A DNA stretch of 64,000 nucleotides, from the NCBI GenBank assembly GCA_934096175.1, contig CAKOLG010000003.1:1-64000 (forward strand), written 5' to 3'. This document shows, in pieces, positions 28,097 to 37,815 of this stretch. The notes under the pieces are model-generated. The model searched no databases. It saw nothing but the letters and a program-made list of their open reading frames with translations, and was not told the origin of the DNA. Position numbers and translations under genes: made by a program. The DNA is from an uncultured Bacilli bacterium. GTDB lineage: Bacteria > Bacillota_I > Bacilli_A > RF39 > UBA660. Positions within the stretch are counted from its first letter, which is position 1. Every line of letters begins with the position of its first letter.

Positions 28097-30316
28097 ATGT
28101 ACGAAGAGAATGTAACTTATAAAGTAGGAATTAACTGGAAAGATATTATAATTAAAGTTGTGTTATTAATTTTATTTATATTGTTCTTGCTTTGGTTATT
28201 TCCTAAAAAAGATTTAGATGTATTATATGACTCTATTTATAGAGAAAATATTAATACAATGAAAGAGGCAGCAAGAAATTATTATACTAAAGATAGACTA
28301 CCTCAAAATGTTGGTGAATCTACATCTATGACTTTAAGTCAAATGCTTGATAAAAAATTATTAATTAGATTTACTGATAAAAATAAAAAGTATTGTGATG
28401 AAACTTCAAGTAAAGTAGAAGTTACAAAAACAGCAGAAAATGAATATGTTTTGAAAGTTCAATTAAATTGTGGAGATCAACAAGATTATATATTAGAAAC
28501 AATTGGCTGCAATGATGTTTGTCCTAGTGGAAATTGTGACGTTGTTGTAGATCCTGATGTTCCATCAACAGATGATGATTTAATTTCAACTACTTATTAT
28601 CAATTTAGAAAACCTGTATATTCTACAGTAACAAATTATACTTGTCCTTCAGGTTATACTAAAAATGGATTATATTGTATAAAATCAACAAATGGTGCAA
28701 CAATTGATGCAACGCCTGTTTATGGGGAAGATAAAACTATTACAACTGATGCTAAATATGTAACTAGTGGAAGTTATAAAGTTTATACAGATCCAATTAA
28801 AACTTATGTAGGAAATGCTTATACTTGTCCTTCAGGTTATACTAAAAATGGATCATATTGTATAAAATATACACCTGCTAATGAATATATAGATACAGAT
28901 TATGTTTGTCCTGATGGTTATACTTTAAGTGGAACTAAATGTTCAAGAACTTATAGTGCTACTTATAGACAAGGATCAAAACAATATATTTGCCCTGATG
29001 GAGGTACATTAGATAGTAAATTAAATTGTGTTGTTGAAACTGATAAAGTTAAACATACAACTTATACTTGTCCTTCAGGTTATACTAAAAATGGTACTAG
29101 TTGTTATAAAGTTTATAGTGCTGATTCTTCAGACAGTGATTATACTTGTCCTGAGGGTTATACTTTAAGAGGAACAACTTGTTATGGTAAAAAAGAGATA
29201 GATGCTGTTAAGTCATCAGGCTACGTTTGTAGTAATACTAGTGATACACGTAAGGGTGATACTTGTTACCATAAAACTACAACTGATGCTAAAGCTAATA
29301 CAAATTATGGATCTTGGGTATTAAAAAATACTTTATATTATTCTACAGCTAATGCCGCTTATACTTATGAAAAAGCTAAACTTGTTTATATGGGAGCAAT
29401 AAGTGGTTCACAATGTGGTTCTGCTTGTGGAAATAGTGGTATATGGTACGTTTATAATTATTATACTAGAACTGCTGATACTTATTATACTTGTCCTAAT
29501 GGTGGAACTGTTGAAGGATCAAAATGTGTAACATATACAACTTATAAAGCTGATTCTAAACCAATTTATACATGTTCTACTGGAGTACTAAATGGTACTA
29601 AATGTGTCGTTCCTGATAGCTTCAAAGCCACTAAAAAGCAAAAATATACTTGTCCTGATGGTGGAACTTTAAGTAACGGAAAATGTACAATTACTAAAAA
29701 AGCTACTTTAAGTTACACATATTCTTGTCCTTCAGGTTATACTGAACAAGATGGTAAATGTGTAAAAACATATAAAGCTACTTTAACTAATAATAATGGT
29801 TATTATATGTGTATGGAAGGTGGAACTCTTAGTGGTACTAAGTGTACTATAACAGTTGATGCTTCACAAACTCATACTAAGAAATATACTTGTCCTGCTG
29901 GTTATGAACAAGAAGGATCTAGTTGTAAATTAAAAATTAATGCTACTAGAGAAAAGGTTTATTCTTATACTTGTCCTGCTGGTTATATTACAGAAGGAAG
30001 TGGAGAAAATACTAAATGTTATATTATAAAACAAGGTACTAAAAAATATTATTGCGAAGACATAAATGCAACATTAAAAGGTAGTAAATGTATAAAAGTT
30101 GTTAAAGGTGATATTATTGGATATACTTGTCCATCTGGTTACAATCAAAATGGAAATAAATGTACAAAAATTTCAACTGAAACTATTAATGCTACTGCAA
30201 CTACTAGTACTAAAAAATCTTATAAATATACATGGAGTACTTCAACTGTATTAGAAGGTTGGGAGTTTACTGGAAATACTAAAGTTGTAACTAACAAGTC
30301 TACTTCTCAAAAATAG
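28097..30316 (+). CDS. Type-II anchored surface protein carrying at least 16 tandem cysteine-pair repeats (Y-x-C-P-x-G-Y-T-x-x-G-x-x-C).
   Basis: N-terminal TM; a repeated CP.GYT..G..C unit; exact 29-nt DNA repeats at 28640, 28823 and 29066; AAGGAGGG RBS. Confidence 0.7.
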   Translation: MYEENVTYKVGINWKDIIIKVVLLILFILFLLWLFPKKDLDVLYDSIYRENINTMKEAARNYYTKDRLPQNVGESTSMTLSQMLDKKLLIRFTDKNKKYCDETSSKVEVTKTAENEYVLKVQLNCGDQQDYILETIGCNDVCPSGNCDVVVDPDVPSTDDDLISTTYYQFRKPVYSTVTNYTCPSGYTKNGLYCIKSTNGATIDATPVYGEDKTITTDAKYVTSGSYKVYTDPIKTYVGNAYTCPSGYTKNGSYCIKYTPANEYIDTDYVCPDGYTLSGTKCSRTYSATYRQGSKQYICPDGGTLDSKLNCVVETDKVKHTTYTCPSGYTKNGTSCYKVYSADSSDSDYTCPEGYTLRGTTCYGKKEIDAVKSSGYVCSNTSDTRKGDTCYHKTTTDAKANTNYGSWVLKNTLYYSTANAAYTYEKAKLVYMGAISGSQCGSACGNSGIWYVYNYYTRTADTYYTCPNGGTVEGSKCVTYTTYKADSKPIYTCSTGVLNGTKCVVPDSFKATKKQKYTCPDGGTLSNGKCTITKKATLSYTYSCPSGYTEQDGKCVKTYKATLTNNNGYYMCMEGGTLSGTKCTITVDASQTHTKKYTCPAGYEQEGSSCKLKINATREKVYSYTCPAGYITEGSGENTKCYIIKQGTKKYYCEDINATLKGSKCIKVVKGDIIGYTCPSGYNQNGNKCTKISTETINATATTSTKKSYKYTWSTSTVLEGWEFTGNTKVVTNKSTSQK

Positions 30317-30375
30317 AGCTATTGCTCTATTTTTTTTATGAAGTAATTTATTATTTTAAAGCACAAAAAAACTGG

Positions 30376-32742
30376 TTAGCTTCTTAATTTAGCTCCAGTT
30401 TTTTCTTCTACTTCTTTTATTATTTTATTAAATGTTTCCATTACTTCAGTATCAGTTAATGTCCTATTATTGTCTTTAAATACTAGTTTATAAGCAATAG
30501 ATTTTTTGCCTGGTTCAACGTTTGGATATAAATCAAAGATATCACAAGAATCAAGGATACGGCCACCAGATTTCTTTATTTGTGATTTAATTATTTCACA
30601 TTCAATATTGTTATCAATTACAAAGGCTAAATCCTTAATTATTTCTGGATATTTTGATGATTCTTTATACTTAATTGGTTTTATTTTGTTATTGTATATT
30701 TTTGTCATAGATAATTCTGCTACATAAATTTCATCTTTTTTTATACTTGGATGAACTTTACCAATAATACCTATTTCTTCACGATCTATTAATATTTTGG
30801 CACTAATTCCAGGATGTATATCTGGTAGTTCTGCTTTAACAAAAGTATATCTATTTTTGAAACCTAAGTAATCCAATAAATTTTCAATTATTCCTTTTAG
30901 TAAATAAAAATCTGCTTTTATTGTACTGTGTTGCCATTCGTTAGTTATGTAGTTACCTTTCATTAAAATAGCAATTTTTGTTTCTTCATTGTAATTTATA
31001 TCATACGTTTTGGCTATTTCATATAAGAAAATATCTTTGATATTTCTGGCTTTATTATATTCATAAACGTTTAATAGTGATTGGAGTAAACTTGTTCGCA
31101 TAACAGATTTATCTATACTCATCGGATTTGGTAGTATTATTTGTTCTTTATTTTCATATTTGAATCTTTTAGCCATTTCTGGGCTAACTAATGAGTAAGT
31201 TTTTGTTTCGTTTAAGCCAAGACTTCTTAGTCTTTTTGAAATGTCTTTTCTAATTTTAATATCACCAACATAAATTCCTCTTTTTGTTGATACTTTAGGT
31301 AAAGTAGATTCAAGGTTATGGTAACCATATAGTCTACCAATTTCTTCAGCTATATCGTTAACATTTGGATCAATATCTAGTCTACGTTTTGGAATAGTAA
31401 CAATAAATTTATCTTCTTCAATTTTATAATTAAAATCTAATCTTTTTAATTCTGTTTCTACGTCATAGCTTGTTAATTTCATACCAAGTAGTTTATTTAA
31501 CTCTTCAGTTTTAAAGATTGTTATTTTATCGGATTTATCTACTTTATCATGTATTTTAGTTCCATTTAAAATTTTAGCATTAGCATATTTTTGAAGTAAG
31601 TAGCATGCTCTATCTAATGCTTGGTTAGTGTATTCATAGTTTAAACCTTTACCATATCTTATAGAAGCTTCGCTTCTTAAATTAAGACGATTGGCGGTAT
31701 TTCTAATGCTAACAGGGTCAAATATTGCACTTTCTATTAGAATATTTGTGGTATTTTTATCGACTTCAGTATTTTGACCACCCATTATTCCTGCTATGCA
31801 TACTGGTTTATTTCCATCTGTGATAACAATATCATTAGTAGTTAAAATTCTTTCTTTATCATCTAATGTAATAATTTTTTCTTCAGCCATGGCATTACGA
31901 ACAAGAATATTATTTCCTAGTTTATCTTTATCAAAGAAGTGTAATGGTTGACCATATTCTAACATAACATAATTAGATATATCTACAACATTGTTTATAG
32001 GCCTCATTCCTGCTGATATAAGCCTTTTTTTGATAAAGTCTGGGGATTCATCTATTTTTACATCTTTGATGATTCTAGCTAAGTAATAAGGGCATTTTTC
32101 GGTGTCTATTTTTATGTTAATTTTATTATCAATATTTTCATTAATACAAGTATATTTACTTATTGGTAAAGTTACTTTTCGATTAAGGATACAAGCTATT
32201 TCGTAAGCAAAACCAATATGAAAATAGCAGTCATTATTACGGTGTTTATGAATATCTAGTTCATATAACGTATCGTTAGTTCCTAAATAAATATTAGCAT
32301 CATCACCAGGGTTTAATTTTGTATCTAATATTTCTATACCTTTGTTATAGTTTTCTTCAGTTTTTTCAACTATACCAAGTTCAAATAAAGCACAAATCAT
32401 GCCATTTGATTTTTCATTTCTAATAGTACCAGCTTTAATTTCATTATTACCTGGTAAGACACATCCTGGTAAAGCTACTATTACTTTGATATCTTTTTTT
32501 ACATTAGGAGCACCACAGACAATTTGAATTACTTCTTTACCAACATCAACTTGGCAAATATGTAAATGGTCACTATCTGGATGATCTTTACAATCAAGTA
32601 CTTTACCTATTACTAAGTGATCAATGTGTTTTGTAATAACTTTTTCAATATTAATACCAGCTTTAGTAATTTTAACTGCTAATTCTTTTAAATCTTGATC
32701 TGATATATCAATATAATCTTTAACCCATTCTAAACTTATCAT
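30376..32742 (-). CDS. pheT: Phenylalanine--tRNA ligase beta subunit.
   Basis: 788 aa with an N-terminal tRNA-binding domain, B3/4, B5 and FDX-ACB. Translationally coupled to pheS. Confidence 0.95.
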   Translation of the reverse strand: MISLEWVKDYIDISDQDLKELAVKITKAGINIEKVITKHIDHLVIGKVLDCKDHPDSDHLHICQVDVGKEVIQIVCGAPNVKKDIKVIVALPGCVLPGNNEIKAGTIRNEKSNGMICALFELGIVEKTEENYNKGIEILDTKLNPGDDANIYLGTNDTLYELDIHKHRNNDCYFHIGFAYEIACILNRKVTLPISKYTCINENIDNKINIKIDTEKCPYYLARIIKDVKIDESPDFIKKRLISAGMRPINNVVDISNYVMLEYGQPLHFFDKDKLGNNILVRNAMAEEKIITLDDKERILTTNDIVITDGNKPVCIAGIMGGQNTEVDKNTTNILIESAIFDPVSIRNTANRLNLRSEASIRYGKGLNYEYTNQALDRACYLLQKYANAKILNGTKIHDKVDKSDKITIFKTEELNKLLGMKLTSYDVETELKRLDFNYKIEEDKFIVTIPKRRLDIDPNVNDIAEEIGRLYGYHNLESTLPKVSTKRGIYVGDIKIRKDISKRLRSLGLNETKTYSLVSPEMAKRFKYENKEQIILPNPMSIDKSVMRTSLLQSLLNVYEYNKARNIKDIFLYEIAKTYDINYNEETKIAILMKGNYITNEWQHSTIKADFYLLKGIIENLLDYLGFKNRYTFVKAELPDIHPGISAKILIDREEIGIIGKVHPSIKKDEIYVAELSMTKIYNNKIKPIKYKESSKYPEIIKDLAFVIDNNIECEIIKSQIKKSGGRILDSCDIFDLYPNVEPGKKSIAYKLVFKDNNRTLTDTEVMETFNKIIKEVEEKTGAKLRS

Positions 32743-32744
32743 TA

Positions 32745-33788
32745 TTACACATCCTTTCGATCAAAGTTTTTTACTTCTCTTAAATCAGTATTATAGAATA
32801 CTCGACAATCATTAATTCCATATTTTAACATGGCTAATCTTTCTGCACCAAAACCAAAAGCAAACCCTGACCACTCTGCTGGATTATATCCACAATTTTT
32901 TAAAACATTTGGATGAACCATACCGGCTCCACATACGGTTATCCAACCAGTATTTTTACAAATAGAGCAACCGCTACCTTTACAAGCAAAGCATGAAATA
33001 TCTATCTCAACTGATGGTTCTGTGAATTGGTAATAAGATGGTCTAAATCTTGTTTCACATGATTCACCAAAAAGTTTTTTCGCGATGATATCAATTGTAC
33101 CTTTAAGGTTGGAAAGGCTGATGTCTTTGTCAACTAGTAGGCCCTCAATTTGAACAAATTGATGAGAATGTGTTGCGTCATCTTCATCTCTTCTAAATGT
33201 TTTACCAGGACAAATAATTCTTACAGGCTTGTTGCCACCAGCTGCTAACATAGTTCTAACTTGAACTGGTGAAGTTTGACTTCTTAATAATATTTTTTCA
33301 TCTTCGATGTAAAAAGTATCTTGGGCATCTCTTGCTGGATGTCCTTTAGGAATATTTAATAATTCAAAATTATATTTATCTTCTTCTACTTCTGGGCCAT
33401 CAACAACATCATATCCCATTGACATAAATACTTCTTCTACTTCTTCAATTAGTTTTTCCAGAATATTTGGGGCACCATTTGAAATTTTTGTAGCTGGTAA
33501 AGTTATATCAATTTGTTCATTAGCTAATTTTTTATTTAATTCTTCTGTTTCATAATGTTGTATTTTAGCATCTATTTTTGATATAAGTTCTTGTTTTAAA
33601 TCGTTTAATAGTTTACCAAATTCTCTTTTACTTTCTTGATCTAATTCTTTCATATGTGAGCTCAATTCTTGTACTGGGCCCTTTTTTCCTAAGTATTCTA
33701 CTTTTATTTCATTAACTTCTTTTAAATTTGTAGCTGTTTCTAATTTTGTAATTATTTCATTTTTTAAAGCTTCTACTTTTTCTTTCAT
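32745..33788 (-). CDS. pheS: Phenylalanine--tRNA ligase alpha subunit.
   Basis: GHPARD and FRPSYYQFTEPS class-II motifs. Confidence 0.95.
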   Translation of the reverse strand: MKEKVEALKNEIITKLETATNLKEVNEIKVEYLGKKGPVQELSSHMKELDQESKREFGKLLNDLKQELISKIDAKIQHYETEELNKKLANEQIDITLPATKISNGAPNILEKLIEEVEEVFMSMGYDVVDGPEVEEDKYNFELLNIPKGHPARDAQDTFYIEDEKILLRSQTSPVQVRTMLAAGGNKPVRIICPGKTFRRDEDDATHSHQFVQIEGLLVDKDISLSNLKGTIDIIAKKLFGESCETRFRPSYYQFTEPSVEIDISCFACKGSGCSICKNTGWITVCGAGMVHPNVLKNCGYNPAEWSGFAFGFGAERLAMLKYGINDCRVFYNTDLREVKNFDRKDV

Positions 33789-34069
33789 ATTTATTCCTCC
33801 AATAAAAAAAATCTAAAACTAAGGGACGAATATAATCCGCGGTACCACCCTAATTCTAGATAATCTAGCACTTTGTATAGATATAACGCATCTATTTGCG
33901 ATTTAACTCCGACGGTGAATTTCATTATATCATTTATCTTTAAATGTTTTCAGCCTATGACATTTAATCTCTTTAAAAAGAACTTAATATAATTACTAAA
34001 TTCGTCATCAACGTTTTCTGCTTTTTATTTTAACATAAATTGTTATTGTAATCAATTAATTAAAATGGA
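33789..34069 (-). promoter_or_regulatory. T-box riboswitch leader (Phe) upstream of pheST.
   Basis: Minus-strand AAUUAGGGUGGUACCGCGG T-box sequence (plus-strand 33837-33855), an AGAGA motif, a putative UUC specifier in GAAAUUCACC, and a U8 tract before the RBS. Confidence 0.8.
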
Positions 34070-34915
34070 TTATTTTTTAGAAAACTCCACTATATCTGAA
34101 TAGTTTTCTAATATTTCATTTCTTTCGTCTTGTTTATAGTTACTTAGTAGTTTATTTAATTTATCATTTTCTTTTAACTCAGTATTTTTTAATTGTTTTT
34201 CAAATGTGGAAATAACTCTTTTAATGCTTTCTTCGTCTGATAGTCTTTCATATGATGGTACTTGCATTATACCAAATTTAGTTTCTTTTTTAGTAATTAG
34301 ACCGATATAAGCGTTTAAGTTACGATATAATTTAGGTGTTTTACTATTTTCATAGATCATTATTGCATAAACAAGATTATTTATAAGATCAGATTTACTT
34401 TTAACGTAAGAAGAATAAATATTTTTAAATTTTGCATATTCCATTATTACTTTTTCTTTTTGATGTTTTTTATTTTTAATTTTTTCTTCGATAGTTTTGT
34501 TTTTAGTTGCTTGACTGTATAGTGAAGTTATGTAAAGAATAATTAAAAACCATATAAATCCTTTAATTTCTTCAGGATTTGGGATAACTGTGTTTACTTG
34601 CTTAATAAAATAGTTATATGTAAATAAGCTTAAGGCAACGCTTATGATGCTTTCAAAAATAAACATAATGTTGCTTATATTATTTTGCTGGTTAGTTATA
34701 TTTGTAACATAAAAGTTTCTAATAAATATTTCAAATATTACAATTAGGAATATATTTTCTTTTACTATTGGTAAAATTGCAGAAATAATGATAATATAAA
34801 CTGATGGAATAATTATTTGATTTAATCTGCGATTTTCTTTATTTTTGAAAAAATTAATAATTATTGTTAATGGAATTGTCAATAGCACTTGTAAAAGTAT
34901 AGTAGTTAGTGTCAT
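34070..34915 (-). CDS. Polytopic membrane protein with a C-terminal soluble domain, possibly SLT/lysozyme-like (ENS..FGIMQV).
   Basis: About 5 TM helices; weak E..S...GxMQ-like motif. Confidence 0.4.
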   Translation of the reverse strand: MTLTTILLQVLLTIPLTIIINFFKNKENRRLNQIIIPSVYIIIISAILPIVKENIFLIVIFEIFIRNFYVTNITNQQNNISNIMFIFESIISVALSLFTYNYFIKQVNTVIPNPEEIKGFIWFLIILYITSLYSQATKNKTIEEKIKNKKHQKEKVIMEYAKFKNIYSSYVKSKSDLINNLVYAIMIYENSKTPKLYRNLNAYIGLITKKETKFGIMQVPSYERLSDEESIKRVISTFEKQLKNTELKENDKLNKLLSNYKQDERNEILENYSDIVEFSKK

Positions 34916-34967
34916 ATATATTCTCCTTTTTGTCTGCTATACTACTATAAAACATGAGAAATGTCAA

Positions 34968-34992
34968 CCAAACAAAAAAGCAGTTTTAACTG
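34968..34992 (-). terminator. Hairpin GCAGT TTTA ACTGC + T-run after the DUF1292 gene.
   Basis: Inverted repeat plus a T-run on the minus strand. Confidence 0.4.
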
Positions 34993-35238
34993 CTAAATTT
35001 GTGATTTTAATATTCTAGTTAAGATAATTATTAATTCTGGATCAGTAACCCTATCAACGTAAGTATCTTGGCCATCGATTATTTCTTTAACTATTGCGAC
35101 ATTTGTAGGTATAACGTCTTTTTTTTCATCTACACCCATTACTAAAAAGTATTTAGTCCCACCGTATAGGGTTTCATTTAATACAACATATTTTTCATTA
35201 TTTTCTAAACTTATAATTGTATTAGTTTTTAGACTCAT
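34993..35238 (-). CDS. DUF1292 (UPF0473)-like small protein.
   Basis: 81 aa with the pattern ..YVVL...(x)..Y..V..DE....I....V.DP. Confidence 0.45.
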   Translation of the reverse strand: MSLKTNTIISLENNEKYVVLNETLYGGTKYFLVMGVDEKKDVIPTNVAIVKEIIDGQDTYVDRVTDPELIIILTRILKSQI

Positions 35239-35252
35239 ATTATCTTCCTTTT

Positions 35253-36983
35253 TTATTCTACTGTTGTTTCTAAGTTATTTATAAATGTTTTAAATTCGTT
35301 ATTTATATTGTTATCAATATTAGTAGGTGCTGGTTCTTCTAATGGTGTTGTTAAGATTGGTGAAACATCTACATTTGATATTTCGGCTGCTGGTGATAAA
35401 TTTTCTACTTCAGGTGTTTGCGTAGTTTGTGATGTTTCAGTATTTTCTAGCGCAGGACTATTTTCATTTAAGCTTATTCCTAAAGTTTGTTCTAATCTAG
35501 CAGCAATTTCTGATGGTTTTTCAGCAAATTGACGACGATGTTTGATGTTAATAACTGTCGTTGCTAATTCTTTTAGTTTTTCTTTATCTTTTGCTTGGGC
35601 ATTTATATCAACCATACCTGCTTTTTTAGTAGTTAAGTTTTTATTAATGTCAGCTATTTCTGTTTGAGCAGCATTTATTTTTTCTTTTAATTCAGCTATT
35701 TGTTGGTTAACAATATAATTTGCTTCATTAATGTCGTCTGTTTCATCTTGTTTTAATAATACAGCAATTTTTTCTGCTTCATTTAAAGCTTCTTTTGTAT
35801 CGTCTAAAGCTACTTTTAAAGATGCTTTCGTACTTATATTTATTTCTGGTTCATTTTCGTATTCAGTTAAATATTTATTATATTCTTGTTTTAATGAATC
35901 AATGATATCTGTTAATTTATTATTTTTTTCAAAATAATTAAATTCTTGGTCATTGTCTATACTACTAGCTTTGCCTTCAAGTTCTGTAATGTTATTTTGC
36001 CATTTGTTTATTCTAGCTTTTAAAAATTCTATTCTTATTTGTTGAGGGTTTGTTGTATCTAAAACATTATATTTTTTGTGATCGATTTCATTTGCAAATA
36101 CGTCACGAGCTTGTGTGGCTCTAAGTAATTCATCTTCTAAACTATTATCAGCATTAACTTCCATATATGGAATGCTTTTCGCTTGATTTATAAGACTAAG
36201 TAAATATGGTCTTGCTTCAAAATTATCTTCATTATTTGTAATTATTTCTGCTATTTTAGTTTCTAAGTATTTAGGATTTTGATGAATTTCGTTTAATTTT
36301 TCAACCAATTTTGCTATTTTAGCTTCAATATCATGAATTTTTTTCAAACTACGTTCTCTTTTACCTTGATCAACATAAACTTCTTTATTTTGCAAGTTAT
36401 ATTGTGTTTCTTCCAATTGCGTTGTTTTTTTAGAAATTTTGTCTTCTAATTCACTTATCATTTGAGTTAAACGTAAAATAGAGTTTTGAATTGCAGAATA
36501 TTTATTTGTAAGCTGTTCTAATTCTATGGTTTGACTAGTAAGTTCTTTTTGGGCTTCTTCTAATAATCTTTCATATCTTGTCTTTATTTCTTCATTTGTA
36601 TTTTCTTTAATTCTATTATTAATGCTTTCTATGTATTCGTTATTCTTTTTAATAGCGTCTTTAACTATAGATATTTTTACATTTGTATCGTGTTCTTGTT
36701 CTTTCAAATTAGCTAATTCATTATTTTTGATTTTTAATTCGTTTTTTAGAGATTGAATTGCTTTTTTTAGGATTATTTCGATATTTCGATCAGCCATTTC
36801 AGAAGCGCTATCATAGCTTTCATCATCTATAGAATATTTGATATCATCAATTTCTGAATTATATTCTGTAATTTTACTATTAATTTCTTCTTCTTCAATT
36901 CTTAGTGAAGCACCATCACTTTTAGAACGGCACATTTTTACTAATGTTTTAAGGTCCTCAAATACTTTTTCTCTATCGCTCAT
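35253..36983 (-). CDS. Large cytoplasmic coiled-coil protein with a Pro/Thr/Glu-rich C-terminal tail. Function unknown.
   Basis: Heptad-rich sequence. The start is placed at ATG MSDREKV behind AAGGGTG; the track's upstream start codon is GTG. Confidence 0.55.
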   Translation of the reverse strand: MSDREKVFEDLKTLVKMCRSKSDGASLRIEEEEINSKITEYNSEIDDIKYSIDDESYDSASEMADRNIEIILKKAIQSLKNELKIKNNELANLKEQEHDTNVKISIVKDAIKKNNEYIESINNRIKENTNEEIKTRYERLLEEAQKELTSQTIELEQLTNKYSAIQNSILRLTQMISELEDKISKKTTQLEETQYNLQNKEVYVDQGKRERSLKKIHDIEAKIAKLVEKLNEIHQNPKYLETKIAEIITNNEDNFEARPYLLSLINQAKSIPYMEVNADNSLEDELLRATQARDVFANEIDHKKYNVLDTTNPQQIRIEFLKARINKWQNNITELEGKASSIDNDQEFNYFEKNNKLTDIIDSLKQEYNKYLTEYENEPEINISTKASLKVALDDTKEALNEAEKIAVLLKQDETDDINEANYIVNQQIAELKEKINAAQTEIADINKNLTTKKAGMVDINAQAKDKEKLKELATTVINIKHRRQFAEKPSEIAARLEQTLGISLNENSPALENTETSQTTQTPEVENLSPAAEISNVDVSPILTTPLEEPAPTNIDNNINNEFKTFINNLETTVE

Positions 36984-37101
36984 TTTATACACACCCTTTT
37001 ATTCTAGACTACTCTAATAATAGCATAAATTGTAAATAATAGCAATAAAAGTATTATAAAATTTATTTTAATAATATAATAATTAGTAAGTGGGGTGTTT
37101 T

Positions 37102-37467
37102 ATGAATAATTTTCCCCCAAATCTAGATCCTAAAATTTATACGATAAGTGCTGCATTAATTGGAATTGCATTAATTGACCATTTTACAGCGGCCGAGCAG
37201 AATGCTATTGGAAACTGGTTTATGTCAATCGGTCAGCTTTTGGAAAATAATTCAGCATTTCAACAAATGATTGAACAACGTATTGCTGGTTCTACAATTA
37301 ATATTAATAGTAAGGAATTTAAAGAGACTGGGAACCCTTATATGAACAATGAAGCGTGGTTTGGTTCTCCGCAAGATAAAGAAATGGAACAATTAAAAAA
37401 AATAATTCAAATTATGCAAGAACAGATTAAAGAACTGCAAGAAAAAAAGAACTTAAACAAGTTCTAA
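37102..37467 (+). CDS. Small hypothetical protein (about 121 aa) convergent with rplQ and overlapping it.
   Basis: GGGGTG RBS then ATG MNNFPPN. Its 3' end shares the hairpin AGAACTTAAACAAGTTCT with the rplQ 3' end. Confidence 0.4.
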   Translation: MNNFPPNLDPKIYTISAALIGIALIDHFTAAEQNAIGNWFMSIGQLLENNSAFQQMIEQRIAGSTININSKEFKETGNPYMNNEAWFGSPQDKEMEQLKKIIQIMQEQIKELQEKKNLNKF

Positions 37468-37797
37468 TTTTACTTCTAAAGCGTCGTCGCCTTTTCTTTC
37501 TTTTAATTTAATAATTCTAGTATATCCACCATTTCTAGTTTCATACTTTTTAGCTAATTCATCAAATATTTTGCTTACTACAACAGCGTCATTGTTTAGG
37601 AATGCTAATGCTTTTCTTCTTGATACTAAAGTACCTTTTTTGCCATAAGTAATCATTTTATCAACAAATTTTCTGACTTCTTTTGCTCTAGCTTCTGTTG
37701 TAACTACTGATTCGTTCATTATAACATCTTTAGTTAAGCCAGCTAAAATGCTTCTACGAATACTTTTTTCTCTGTTTAATTTTCTATAATTTGCCAT
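37453..37797 (-). CDS. rplQ: 50S ribosomal protein L17.
   Basis: Homology and operon context. Confidence 0.9.
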   Translation of the reverse strand: MANYRKLNREKSIRRSILAGLTKDVIMNESVVTTEARAKEVRKFVDKMITYGKKGTLVSRRKALAFLNNDAVVVSKIFDELAKKYETRNGGYTRIIKLKERKGDDALEVKLELV

Positions 37798-37815
37798 AAG
37801 TATTTACCTCCTTTT

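Noticed and set aside
30506-30727. Plus-strand 73-aa ORF
   Set aside because: Antisense within pheT.
35308-35937. Plus-strand ORFs (74 aa and 68 aa)
   Set aside because: Antisense within the coiled-coil gene.
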